The notes: a model not told the origin generated them from the letters alone. DNA of 64,000 nt from Octopus sinensis (GCF_006345805.1 NC_043006.1:90706001-90770000); one strand, 5' to 3'. Counted from the first letter of the stretch, positions 50,411 to 63,439 are shown. Translations and numbers: made by a program.

Positions 50411-52498
50411 GTCACCACTGCCAATGATGACAATTATCCATTTATGCCATTTTGTAATACTTTTTAAAGGTTAATTATTTCTAACCACCTAAGATGTTGT
50501 CAAAATATGTGGATGCTCTTGAAAATTAGAAAATTAGGGCAAAATTGTAGCTTAGGAATCTTAGAAAAAACCCCAAAAAGACCACAGCTTCAGATTAAGT
50601 CTTTCTGTGAGTAGTAGGAGTGGATACTCAAATTTAGGAATTGTTTAGAGGAAGTGAAAATGTGATGTGATCCCTGCTTGAAATGTAAAATCATTATATT
50701 TTAGTATCAGTTAATATTTAACCTGCGGACTAAAACACTTCTCAAATATAAAGATGTAGCATCAAGAAACATTTTCTACAATAAATGTTATAAATATTTT
50801 TAATTGTAATGAATTGTTTTTAACAGTGGAACTTGGTGAATTATCTGTTGTTTACTTATTTAATATCTCTTGAAGTTTCTAAATTCTTATGATATAAAGA
50901 ACATGCAATTCTCACTAGTAAAAATACAGCTTCTAAAATGGATGGAAAATATCTGCAGGGTTGCTTTGGTATAATGGTAGTACATCTGTTATGTTCACAG
51001 AAGATGTAGATTCATTCCAATGGGCAGCCTTCAATTCTTTTCCATCCAAGAGGCTTTATAACCCAATATTTTTCATGCTATTATTTATAGCTTTATCTAT
51101 TTCAAGCTCCACCATGGAAAATTATTTACTTCATGACTCTCAAAATTTCTGAATTCTTATGAAGTAAGCATTTAAAAGTAAAGTTTAATGTTTTAAATAT
51201 GACATTTAGTTTAATACAATAACTGATCCAGTTTTTTTATGATTTTTGATCAGTTTTAATTGGAAAATTATGTGAAAATTATGAAGCGAAAGTCATTATA
51301 CTAGTTTACTTCAGCTAGATATGCCACTAATATTGATGAAGGTCAATTTGGGAAGAGATATCTTACCAAAAATGGAGTAATCTTTTTATCTAAAATTATA
51401 TATCAATGATACCATTAGAATGATGTTACTGCATATTCCAGGCACAAATGAGGAATTTAACTTATCATTGCTCTAAATTGCAATTTTAGAGAGTGCTGTG
51501 TGTATCTAGATACTTGTCAGTTTTTTTAATCACACAGCAATGTAATTGATGCTGCTCCAGATTGCAGTTTTTTGTTGATGTTTAACCCCCAGGTTAGCTT
51601 CAACTGATTAGACCTATCATCAAAGACTTTCTGACCATGACTGCCCCATCATGTGACATTATACATTCTTTTTCAAGATAATATGGTGTATTTTTGAGAG
51701 AGATTTACCTACTATGTCCAGTGGGTCAAGTGACCACTGAGATGTTCCCTTGTTGGCTTAGGTTGCTTTTGTATATCAACTGTTAAATAACATCCTTCCT
51801 GTTACTGTTGCTGTTCTCGGAACAAATTGATTCCCACTCATGTCATATTGCTTTACTTAAATTGCTTTCCTTCAGGAAAGGGGGGAAAAACCCCAAAAAT
51901 TCAATTTTCTAATCCTCCTTTACTCTAATCCTAAAATCTCTTTCTTTTCCCTCCAGATCATTATATTTAAAAGGTAATGCTCTTTCATCTAGCTTAACAA
52001 ACAATTCTGCTCAATTGGTGGCTCTCTTCTTTCATTAAGTTATATTTGAATTTCTACAATAGTTGCTTGTGTTCTTTAAATAACTCAAACAAAAGATTTC
52101 TATAAAGAATATGTTTTATATTGTAGATCTCACTTTTTCAAATTTCATCTTCTTTATAGCTCGTTCACACATAAGAAGTTGATTGATGGAAGTAATTTTA
52201 GAAAATTTTTATGAAGCTAATTCTGTGTTCCAAATTTAATTAACGTTTATTTAATTATTTTCTAATAGATTTGCATGTTTGGAATTCTTTTTACATATCT
52301 ATTTGATATGATATCATAATTTTTATCATGTGAAAAAAGTGAATTAACACTAGTTTATATAACCTGTTTAAATATATTTTTGAAAGTTTTTCTTAAGTAT
52401 ACGTAGAAAAATTAAAGTTATATGATCATTTGTATAAAATTGTTGTAAATGCATTGTCCAATATACTTTTAAAATGGGTTGGTAATAAGTAATTTATT

Positions 52499-52930
52499 TG
52501 GCTTTGTGGTTCAGAAGTTTGCTTCCCAACCACTTGGTTTTGAGTTCAGATCCACTAAATGGCACCTTGAGTAAGTGTCTTCTACTATAGCCCCATGCCA
52601 GCCAAAGCTCTGTGAGTGGATTTGGTAGATAGAAACTGAAAAAAGCTTCTTTTTTACATGCATTTATGTAATGTATGTGTGTGAGTATGTGTGTACATAT
52701 CGCTTTGTCTTGTTGTGATTGAGTACCATTATCATACAAGCAGTATAATTTATTTCCAATATTCTGCCAGAATCATCTGGCCATGGGGAAATATTATCCT
52801 GCTTGGAAACAAGTGAGGGTTAGCAACAGGAAGGGCTTCTGGCCATAGTAATTCTTTCTTAATGAAACTCTATCTGATCCATGCACGTATGGAAAAGAAA
52901 GTATTAAAATGATGATGATGATCACGATCA
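52499..52930 (+). mobile_element. Full-length family-B SINE with RTE-like tail
   Basis: Head and CORE-like segment as at 30470 (ggcaccttgagtaagtgtcttctactatagcc), a different 3' half, and an end aggaagggcttctggccatagtaa...ccatgcacgtatggaaaag...aaaatgatgatgatg. Confidence 0.85.
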
Positions 52931-53529
52931 TGATTCATAAATATTTGCATAACAGTCACATTTGTCATTAGTTTATCATGTTTATCTTCTCATATCAAGT
53001 AGAAATTAACCCTGTTGATTACAAGGAATTAGAAAACATAATTTGTGATGTTCATCTATAATATATAAGACAGAAGATGTGTGTGTGTGTGACAGGCCAT
53101 TTAATTGAACCCCATAAAAATCAATATTTTTTGTCTGATTTCGTTCACACTTGGCACATACATCACTTATGTTCTAGAGATGGTACTACACTCTTCAGAG
53201 TTGTCATTTATAGAGTAATATGGAGTAATGGGGCTTCTAGGTTAAGAAAAAGTTCCATTCCTGGGGTTCATATCTATTTTGGACTAGGTAGGTGAAGTAA
53301 CATTCCAACATTGATTGTCTCCTTTACATTTGTATCCCTTAAACAACTTTTCATAGTATGTAAATAAACAATATGGATAATCGTTGCTTTAAAGGAACAT
53401 AATGAGTAACGCCACCACTACCAGACTGGACAAAAGCATCTTTTCTTTGTAGGTATAAAGCATTGGCACTCCCACTACCTCTGCTGTTTACAACGGAGGT
53501 CTTCTTCCCTTGGAAGACTTGGTTATGGC

Positions 53530-54668
53530 AATATAACTGGTGGAGGTGCAACAAACTCTGCCTGTTATACCCAAAGGAACACCAACTCATGAACTTAATG
53601 ACGGCCTTGAAAAAATCCCTCCTTTGGTTGCATGTACAATTGAAACAACTCACCATCAACATAGAATCACTCCTAGAAATTGGCCAGCCTACAACTTAGT
53701 TTTTGAAAATGCTCCTAAAGATTGGCAATGGATACATTGATACTACCACCATTGGCCACACTGTCTCCAGCCTCGATGACTTATGTTCTGCTGTTTACCC
53801 AAATCTTACAATGGAATATGTAAAACCAGATCGGCTTTGTGACAGGGCTGTTCTTGCACCTACAAATAAAGCTGTCAACACTCTTATTTCTTTATTGCCC
53901 ATAAGGGGCTAAACACAGAAGGGACAAACAAAGATAAACAAAGGGATTAAGTCAATTACATCGACCCCCAGTTCGTAACTGGTACTTAATTTATCGACCC
54001 CAAAAGGATGAAAGGCAAAGTCGACCTCGGTGGAATTTGAACCCAGAGCGTAATGGCAGACGAAATACCGATAAGCATTTTGCTGGGCGTGCTAATGTTT
54101 CCGCCAGCTCACCGCTTTTCAACACTCTCAACTATGACTTACTCAGCTATCTTCTCAAGAATGTTGTTACAGATCAGTTGACACCGTTATCGACCTTAAT
54201 CAGGTTACACACTTTCCAACAGAATTTCTCAACTCCCAAGATCCTCCAGGACTCCCTCCCTACAAACTTCACTTAAAATCGGTTGCCCTGTCATCCTCCT
54301 ACGCAATTTAAATGCACCCACACTAGGCAATGGAACTTGCTTTGTGGTCAAAAAAATGATGGACCATATCATTGGACCCCAAATTATCATGGGACAAGCA
54401 AAAACGATATTTTCATTCCCCAAATTCTGCTAACTCCAACAGACTACCCCTACCCTATGCAGAGACTTCAGTTCCCTCTCAAACTCAGCTTTGCCATGAC
54501 AATTAACAAAGCACACTGAAAGTTGGTGGATTGGACCTTTGAATGTTGTGCTTTTCACATGGACAGTTCTACATCAGTTGTTCCAGAGTTGGTCATCCTG
54601 ACAAATTAATCATCTATACTTCTGAAAGAAAAACCAAAAATGTCGTCTACAAAACAGCCCTACAGTAG
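53530..54668 (+). pseudogene. Helitron PIF1-like helicase, C-terminal half, frameshifted
   Basis: QQTLPVIPKG, RAVLAPTNKAVNTL|NYDLL, TEFLNSQDPPGLPPYKLHLK.GCPVILLRNLN, QRLQFPLKLSFAMTINKA, CFSHGQFYISCSRV, KTKNVVYKTALQ* (TAG at 54666-54668). Confidence 0.93.
53885..54118 (-). mobile_element. Young family-A SINE with a 10-bp TSD, inserted in the Helitron helicase
   Basis: TCAACACTCT at 53875-53884 and 54119-54128 flanks a complete reversed family-A copy. Confidence 0.93.
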
Positions 54669-57109
54669 TTATTCCTCTACTGCAATCTTCACATCTACAT
54701 CAAACTGTAGCCGTTAGCAATCAGACTTCCTGCAAGCATTTCATTGATATTTTGCTTCATTTCCGTGATTGCTGTTAACAGTACATTACCTTCAATGACC
54801 CTTCTTACTTTATGCACACCCTTCACTCATAAGCATGCTCTGACATTTATTTTTGTACATGCCATTATTCTATTTGTGTGTTTGCTATAAATGTTTGCTT
54901 TTCTTTATCATGCATGACTTTCATTGAAAAAAAACTTCAATGTGGTTGTGTCAGGCATTACGAGAAAAATAAGTACATGATACAAAACATTTCAGGTAAG
55001 ATATAGCATCTCTAATGCCTACGGCAATTGCGATCTCATTTCATGGACTTCATTTATTACTAACTGCCAAATTTGTATTCAAAAAATTTTATTCATTACC
55101 TAAGTTGCTTAGTACCATATCTTAAACTGGTAACAAAAATGGTAATTATACATTTTACGTTTATCAACTTGAAACGACTTCTAATTGTGGGCTATTTCAA
55201 CTTAAACCGTCCACAGGAGTGCACCATTATAATAGATTACACCATCCAAAGGACATTTGCTAGTATTTTGTATGAGGCTACTTGAGTGAAATGAAATAAG
55301 TAAACTTGAAAATATTTTATCTGAAAAAATTTACAGGTTTTTATAACAACTGTTAATTTTATATTCCTATAATTCTGATACACTATTGAACAACTGATTC
55401 TTTACATACTTCTCTTGATCCAGTCATCTCTCTATCTATTGAAAACTCTGAAGTTAATCTCTGCTAAAGTGTGCTCATATCATACATATTGTGTAACATT
55501 TGTTTATATCATATTAGTTTCCAGTGTTTTGCTTTACTCTTTAAGTCCCTCTTTACATCCTTTTAGTAGATTTACAAAATCTTTCTGACTTGTGTTCATA
55601 ATTATTTTTTTCTTTTTGCTTTTAGTTTTTGTAAATTTTGACTTTTCTAGATATTGGAATTTCATATCTTGCTCTTCGTTTTCATATTTTTGCTTGTTTA
55701 ACACCAGGTCTGACCTAATCTCATTGATAAACCTATGCTAAAAATATTTTCTCCATGATAATCCCATCTAAATAAGACATTTGCTTTAGACTATTTTATT
55801 GAATAAGTTCTTTTAAGATAGTAGGATATGTGATTTTAGGAAGATTTGACTGCTGTTTCTAATAGGTCAAATGACCATGCAATGGCTCTTTAGTTGGCTA
55901 GTGGTACAAGTGCATGATTTAGATGGGGGCTGTTTTCTGACAGATGAGCACATGAAAAAAGGTAAAAAAACCCAAAAAACAATGAAATAATAAAAATGTT
56001 TGGGTCTGTGCCTGGTTTAAGAGCTCTAAACTTTTGCTTTCCAAATGCTCTTGAATTTAAATCTGTACTTTGGGCAAGTAAAAAGAAAGTCTGTATTGAT
56101 CTTTTATGATATAAAAGCCATGATCAATTATACATAGCCACTTTATTTTTATGTAACCCTGTAAAGTGATTTTCTTTGTGTCCTTCAGATATTTGTATAC
56201 AAAGATAAATAAATGAAAACTTCACATACTGTTTTTTCTCCATACTTTATTGAACCTGACTTCTTCAAACTTCCAACAATCAATAATCCTATCTTTTGTG
56301 ACAAATAGCAGTGCCAATCCTCATGATGAAAGATGTTTTTTTACTAAATATGTTTTATTTTTTAAAGTCCATTTTGTTCAATTATTATTATTATTGAGAA
56401 AGAATTAACTAATTTTGAAGGCTTATCTTTTTTTATAAAATATATAAATAAAAAACTTTTAATTGCTTATTATATCTCCCTTTTATCTTTTTTATGTATT
56501 CTTTTAAAATTTTATCTTATGCAATATTTCTCCAGCTATTGACTGTCTGTCTGAAAGGTATTTTAATAAAAAGAAAATTATATAAAAAAAACTTTGTTTT
56601 TATCGATTAATTTAGTTATTTCTTTTCTTCAGTGAAAAAATAAATAAAGATGAAAAAACTTCTCTTCTATTTTGTATATATAGTTTAATTCCAGTTTTTT
56701 TCTATCTTTTTCTTTGCCTAGCATTGTAGTTATATATAAATGAGTAAACAAGAACAATGTTGCATATCCATCCCGGTCTGCTTTGTATCAAAAATAAAAG
56801 CATTTGTTTTTGTTTTATTAAGGCATATAAATATAATAATCAATTTATATAACTTTTTAATTTGAGTTTCTGTACTTTGTAAGTTTTAGAACCTGCTTGT
56901 TCAAATATTTTGCCAAATATCTTTTATTTTATATCTAAATATTGTACTTGGTATATTTTGTTATGGAGTTCAACAACTTAAACAATCATCTTATATATTT
57001 TAAGATTGAATTTAGAGATGGAATTGTTTCATAAGTTTTATTACTAAGTCATATTTTCAATAATTGTTAAAAAATACATTACTGGATTGTATGAAATTAT
57101 ATAATTAAA

Positions 57110-57275
57110 TAGGCACAGGCTGTGTGGTTAAGAAATTTGCTTCGCATCCACATGCTTTCAGATTCACTCCTCCTATGTTAGTTCTGGATGAGCCAATGTT
57201 TTGTGAATTTAGTTGATGGAAACTGGACAATGCCCATATTGTGTGCGCGCGCGTGTGTATGTGTGTGTGTGCGTG
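57110..57275 (+). mobile_element. Family-B SINE 5' half
   Basis: aggcacaggctgtgtggttaagaaatttgcttc...tgtgaatttagttgatggaaactgg...(TG)n. Confidence 0.65.
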
Positions 57276-59629
57276 TGCGTAATTGTTTACATGTGCAAAT
57301 CTCCGGGAATATGAGTAAACAAAAAGTCGTCAATCAAAAAAGTAATGATGAATCTTATTACATTGATAATGTTTTAAATAAAAGTGTACTGTATAAAATT
57401 GAGAGGGGAAGGGTTAATTAAATTGACCATACTTCTTAACTAATTCTTAATTTTTTTAACTCTTTGGAGTTGGGGTAGCAAAAGGCCAAGTTGATCTCCA
57501 TGGAATTTGAACTCAGGATATAAAGAGTCAGAACAAATGCCAGCATTTATCTTCTAAGTTCAACAAGTCAAAATAAATTTCTATTTTAAGGCAATGAGTA
57601 CAATTAATTTCCTTGTACAATTAGCTAAATTATATGCATTTTGCAATTTTTTTAATACCTGCCAAACAATATAATCAATTTAATTTTAATGATTTACTTT
57701 GTACCATTCCTGCTGTGCAGTTTAGTATCTTTTACCCCTAGAGTTATTATGAAACATCAATAATGAAGTTAAGTTGCTAGGATATTTCACATAATAACTT
57801 TAGCCATTGAAATTAATGAAGATCAAATCATGATTCCCTTCACTATCCAAGGAATTCATTACATATATACAAATGTATGTGTGTGTGTGTGTATGTAGAC
57901 ACACACATTAATTCATAATGTGTGTGTGCGTATGATACTGATGATGTATAGTCAGAGATAGCAAATACATAGTTATGAAAAGTCTTTGCATTAACAATGA
58001 TTAAAAATGCTGAGTTGCTAATCAGCCATCATGTTTGCAATCCCTTAAAGCAAACTTCTACAATGATTTTCTTCAGCATACAAGTAAACATTAGACCATA
58101 AACATTGATTTGGTTATTTAACCATTTGGCATTTAAACCAGACTTGTACAGCCCAAATATTCTGCCTGTTTTATGTTCAAACTAGCCTGATCTAACATCT
58201 CACACCTACCCTACAATGCCATTCTAAAAATAGTTCTAAAAATTAACAATAGCATCATCAAAATCTCAAAGCTTATGAAACAATACAGGATTAATTCAGA
58301 ACAATACGAATAAATAAGCTTTGCATCTGGCAGAGTAATTTAAAGGATTAAACATGCTCAATATGATTTATTAAGTGTGGTGTATTGTTAATTGGATTAC
58401 TTTATATGGTGAGTGGAAAATCAACTATGCCTTTTATGATATCATCCTGTATTTTGGTCAATTTTGGGCTGTAATTTTAACAAAATTTTGAATTTGCATT
58501 TGATTTGCCAAACTAGACAAGAAGGAGAATTGGAAATTTTTTTTTCTTTGTTTTTTTTTTTTTAGGTGAGGAAGAGTGAGAAATTTATTATTCATAATTA
58601 TGAATTTGATCTGATTTTGGGATTATAGTCATATCTAATTTTGATAAGAACAGTATATTCAATTTTGTTACATGCACATAACTAGTTACTTCCAACAGTG
58701 AGTTATAAATATCTGTCTTTCTTATAGAAATGGAAAATATATATGTGTGTGTGAATATATAAACAAATATATTTTATCAATAAATTTTTCTTCTCATAAG
58801 TAAAAGGCTTCTTTGGAATGTTTGTGTATCTCTTCAACAAGAAAAAGATTTAGAAAATATGAAATGTAGTGCATTAGTGAAACATGTCAAAATAAAATCC
58901 TATTTTACGACAATAAGCAGTATTAGTTTCCCTTCTCATAACAAGACCATTTCTGTGTATTATTTGTTGATTTTTTTTTTAAATACCAGCTAAACAATAT
59001 GCCTAATGATTTATCTGGTTTTACTATATTAGTCATATTTTCCCGTACTATAGAAACTTTTTTCTTATTGTTTAACTTCAAGGACACTTTTATATACTTT
59101 CACTTGATAGTTATGCAGTCATTTTATGATATAGTTTACTTCTTTTTCTTCGTTCTAATAGAAATATTGTATATAAACATGAAGCATAAAAGAAAAATGA
59201 ACAAAAATTGAATGATGGTTATATTGCTGACATATAAAGATTTTCTTCTCTCTTTATGAAACAATAAAAAAAGATTTGAATTGTTTTTGCTTGAAACTAA
59301 AGTGCATCAGCCTACATATGCCATCTGTGTTTGGTCTTTGTTGTTATGCATCTTAGTACAATTACACTGAATTTACTTGAAGATGCAATAAAACAACGGT
59401 ATCAACCTGTAAATGTTGACTGCCATTACCCCAGTGGAGTTGATGTATTCAGAGAATGTGTAGTAAATTACATTTACAGCCTATCTTGAACCACAACCAA
59501 TACCACATGTAACAGTTCAACCATATTGTCATATTTAATGTTTGCGTATTCTCTAAGACAAGAATAGAGAAAATCAGAAATTTATCAGATTAGTTTCTGT
59601 ATTTAGCTTCAAATGAAAACCTATTTCAT

Positions 59630-59862
59630 ATACTCTTTACTCTTTTACTTGTTTCAGTCATTTGACTGTGGCCATGCTGAAGCACCACCTTTAGTCGAGC
59701 AAATCGACCCAGGACTTAATCTTTGTAAGCCTAGTACTTATTCTGTTGGTCTCTTTTGCCGAACCGCTGAGTTACTGGGACGTAAACACACCAGCATCGG
59801 TTGTCAAGCCATGCTGGGGGGACAAACATACACACACGCACATACACACACATACATACATG

Positions 59863-59911
<49 letters not shown>

Positions 59912-60005
59912 TATATATATATACATATGACAGGCTTCTTTCAGTTTCGGTCTACCAGATCCACTCACAAGGCTTTGGTCAGCCTGGGGCTATAGTAGAA
60001 AACAC
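59630..60005 (-). mobile_element. Family-B SINE, 5'-truncated
   Basis: Reverse complement of about 30550-30938 (cttttacttgtttcagtcatttgactgtggccatgctg...ggggctatagtagaaaacacttg). Confidence 0.88.
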
Positions 60006-60379
60006 TTGTTTTTTTTTTTAGACTATAACCTCATTTTATTGAGATAAAACAATATTTTCATATTTGCACTTAATATTTAAAGACAAAGCTGATCTAAATG
60101 TACTATTGATACAAATACTAAACCATTTTTCACCTGTAAAGATGAGGTTAATTAGTTGGAAAGTTAATCCTTTTAACAACTAATCTAAAACATTTAGACA
60201 CCTGTTTGCTGTTTGTTGTAATTGAAACTAAATGTGCCACAATATTCTTAGCAAAATCTCCTTACTTTTTAAATTAATGATTGCATCTTAAAATATAGAT
60301 TCAGTAATACCTTATACAATAACTTCAATATAACAATCATTTTGTTAGCCAAAATATTTTACAAAAAGCACTGAAAAGC

Positions 60380-60575
60380 ACCTGTACTGGTGCCATATAA
60401 AAGCACCCAATACACTCTGTAAAATGGCTGGCATTATGGAGGGCAACCAACCATGAAAGCCATACAAAAACAGACTATTAGAGCCAGATGCAGCTCTCCA
60501 GTTAGCCAGCTCCGATCAAACTGTCCAACCCAAACCATGGAAAACATACATTACTTAATGAAGAGGATGATGTAA
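60380..60575 (+). mobile_element. RTE-type tail copy
   Basis: aaaagcacccaatacactctgtaaaatggctggcattatggagggc...caaactgtccaaccc...gatgatg. Confidence 0.7.
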
Positions 60576-61570
60576 GTTGGCTTTCTCATATGCACTCATA
60601 CACATAAACATACATCCATACACATGCACACACACCCATATACACATGCCTCAAGTTGTCTAACTGAGCATTTTACAGTGTTGTCTATATAATGAATAAG
60701 AATATAACTATATATATATATGTGTGCGCATAAGACAGATATACACACACATGTACACATGCATGCATGCACACACACTGAATTTTTCCTCATTGAGTCA
60801 GTTCCATGAGTCATATCACAAATCAAAATTCTATAATATGATATATTTTTAAAGATATTAATTAGAAATGAAAATTTTAACTGTTATTGAAATTTGGATA
60901 ATAAATATGATTTTTCATTGTGTGTGTGTGTGGGGGGTATGTGCATGTGAAAAAAAACATATAGAGAGAGAGAGGTATGTTTGTAATATATTTATTAGTA
61001 CTTTATAATATTTTGTCCTATCTAGTATATAAAATAACAGTTTCTTCCATTGTTTCCATGTTACGTTTCTATGATTTGTATTTTAAAATTTATTGAGGAT
61101 TCAGTGATTATACTAACTCTAATTTTTCTTTGTAACTTTTAAACTATTCTAACAGTTGCTTTGTTTACATTAAACTGTTTTAAAGTTTCTGTTGCCATCT
61201 CCTTTCCATCTTGAAGATGATTTTAATATGTTATTACTTCTAGAGAAACTGACTTTAATGAGAATTGAAACTTTATTTTTCAATTCAAAAACTTTTTCTA
61301 AAACATTAAGCAAATTTGTAACTTAGACATTAGTTTATTGTGTGATCTGACACTCTATGAAGGAAGTTAAATGAAAGTAAAAATGGAGAGGAGAATGTGA
61401 AGCCTTAACAGAAACACAAATGTAAAGTATGAAAAAAAAAAGCCATGTAGAAGAAAAGTCATGCCAGGGACAAATGTGTGTGTGTGTGTGTGTGAATTGT
61501 AGCTGAAATTAAACAATTTTTCTCCTCAAATCTTTAGAAATAAATATCTTTAGAAATAAATATTAACACA

Positions 61571-62100
61571 CATCACTTGCTCTGGTAACACATTCAAGCA
61601 ATGCCTCTCCAACCACAGATCCTCCTTTGGAATACCAGAAAGGAGATATATTACATCATTAGCCAGCCATGTTATGCCAACTGAAGGACAATGGGATTCC
61701 ATACACAATATCATGGGGAATCCTAGAAAATACATACATAAACAGGACCAAGCGTTGTAAACTGTGCATAGTGGAACAGGTAAGGATAGTAAAGGACTCC
61801 CTCGACCCGGGGAACATCCTTAACTCCAGAATAGAGGTCTTCTGACCATGACTGCATTTCAAGAAATTCCTTCTGCCCTATAAGAACCCACAAAATAACG
61901 GGGCCACTTACAATTGATAGCCAAATGGAGACAATCCCTTGTTGTTGTCATTCCTCCTCCATTTTCTAGAGAGGCCATAAGCCAACAGGTTTGGGATCTG
62001 ATGATATGCTGTAAAGCTAAGTGCTTTATGGGTGTGAAACCCAGAGGATTCCATAAACCAGCCTTATCTAACTTTACTTATATAATATACTGCTCTGTAA
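61571..62100 (+). mobile_element. Penelope-like element 3' end (GIY-YIG endonuclease C-terminus plus pseudo-LTR region)
   Basis: GNTFKQCLSNHRSSFGIPERRYITSLASHV/QLKDNGIPYTISWGILE...KRCKLCIVEQVRIVK...ILNSRIEVF*P*LHFKKFL matches the PLE pattern LS..IW.LK......I.W.IL...C.LC..EK..I....LN.R.E....C.H..KF. Confidence 0.85.
61988..62059 (+). ncRNA. Hammerhead-ribozyme-like motif (degenerate) in the Penelope 3' region
   Basis: CTGATGA at 61998-62004 and GAAAC at 62036-62040 flank a long stem II (tgtaaagc-taagt-gctttatg). Stem I is ggttt-gggat / attcc-at-aaacc. No clean NUH cleavage triplet in this copy. Confidence 0.55.
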
Positions 62101-62292
62101 CTTAGAGTGTGGTTCTTTTTTGGATTCATGTTTTACCAATGATATACATATATATTAGAGGAAAAAGGATAACACCTGCTAATCTCTAGCTCCAGCCTCA
62201 GTTGTGAACTTGGAACCTAATGGATGACCAATTATAGCACTTACTCAGCGTACCTATTCGTTTAGATCACCAGTGAACTAAACCCCTCATAC

Positions 62293-62343
<51 letters not shown>

Positions 62344-63439
62344 ATGCATGTATGTACAGTATATGTGATTAACCACTTTTTTTCTCTGTATATTTTCTGA
62401 ATCAATATCATGATTTTAAGAGATCAAGCATCTGTTCAATTGGCATTAATAATCTGAAAAATTGAATTACAAGTAATTATTTTGTCTGAAAAGGATAATT
62501 TTAGGCTCAGTATTCACAAAAATCAATTTTTTTCAAAAATATCTAATTATTCAATTTTAAAAATTAATTTAAGTTTATTTTTAATTTTTATATGCATTGC
62601 TCAAAATATACATGTAGCTCATATCATTTATAATTTTATGTGTGTGTGCTTTTTGCTAAGTAGGATTGCCTTCAATACATAATGTTATTTGGAACAAAGA
62701 TATCAACTTTTACAAGGATTCCATGAAACTGATATATATATATTTGAACCTCAAACTTTCATTTATTTGATAAAAATACTTACAGGAATATCTTTTCATT
62801 AAATGAATGATTTATGGCTGCTTCCTGTCTTAATTCTGAATTACCATTGTATCATCCATGAATCCATTCATGTACGATAAGTATTACAATAAGTTGTTAA
62901 CGTAGTTATCTTTGTAAAGGGCATTTATGATTCACTTTAAAATAAACTTCAATTTGCATTGAAAGTTTACTAAACTCAGAGAAAACTAGAAAAAGACCAA
63001 TTTTAAAAATGTAAAAAAAGAATAATTTTTGTTATCAATTCTATTGAAAATAATAAATCACATATGAAGCCATTTACCTTGCATTACAGCTACAAATATG
63101 TACATAAGATAATTTTTTTTTCTATGTATTAATTTTCAGAAATTATCTGTATTTTTTAGGCTTTACATACTTTCTCACATATCATTGACATTAGTTGTAC
63201 ACTTGATCAAATATTATTGAATATTTCCCTTTTATAAAGCTGTTTAAAAAAAATTTATCTTCGTGCACACACATATACGTATAGTGGTGATGCTGATGTT
63301 GGGGGTAGAAAGCCATTAAAAGAAATATAAACAAAATATTTTGAAATATTTACTTCTGTTTTATTATTTTCATTTTGTGTTAATTTGACTTCAAACACTG
63401 AATACATTTATCGAATAACTTTCAGTTATATTTTATTCT

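Larger units (their letters stand above)
53055..55263 (+). mobile_element. Internally deleted Helitron carrying a helicase remnant
   Basis: 5' end A|TCTATAATATATAAGACAGAAGATGTGTG; PIF1-like helicase relic inside; probable 3' end acatttgCTAG|T at 55260-55264. The 3' hairpin is weak, so the right boundary is less certain. Confidence 0.8.

Noticed and set aside
54975-55001. CAG|GTAAGA juxtaposition
   Set aside because: No real polypyrimidine tract, and it lies inside the Helitron 3' region; not counted as a ratchet point.
59355-59488. Frame TITLNLLEDAIKQRYQPVNVDCHYPSGVDVFRECV after a plausible acceptor
   Set aside because: No convincing donor and no recognisable homology; the antisense frame is equally open, so it cannot be supported as an exon.
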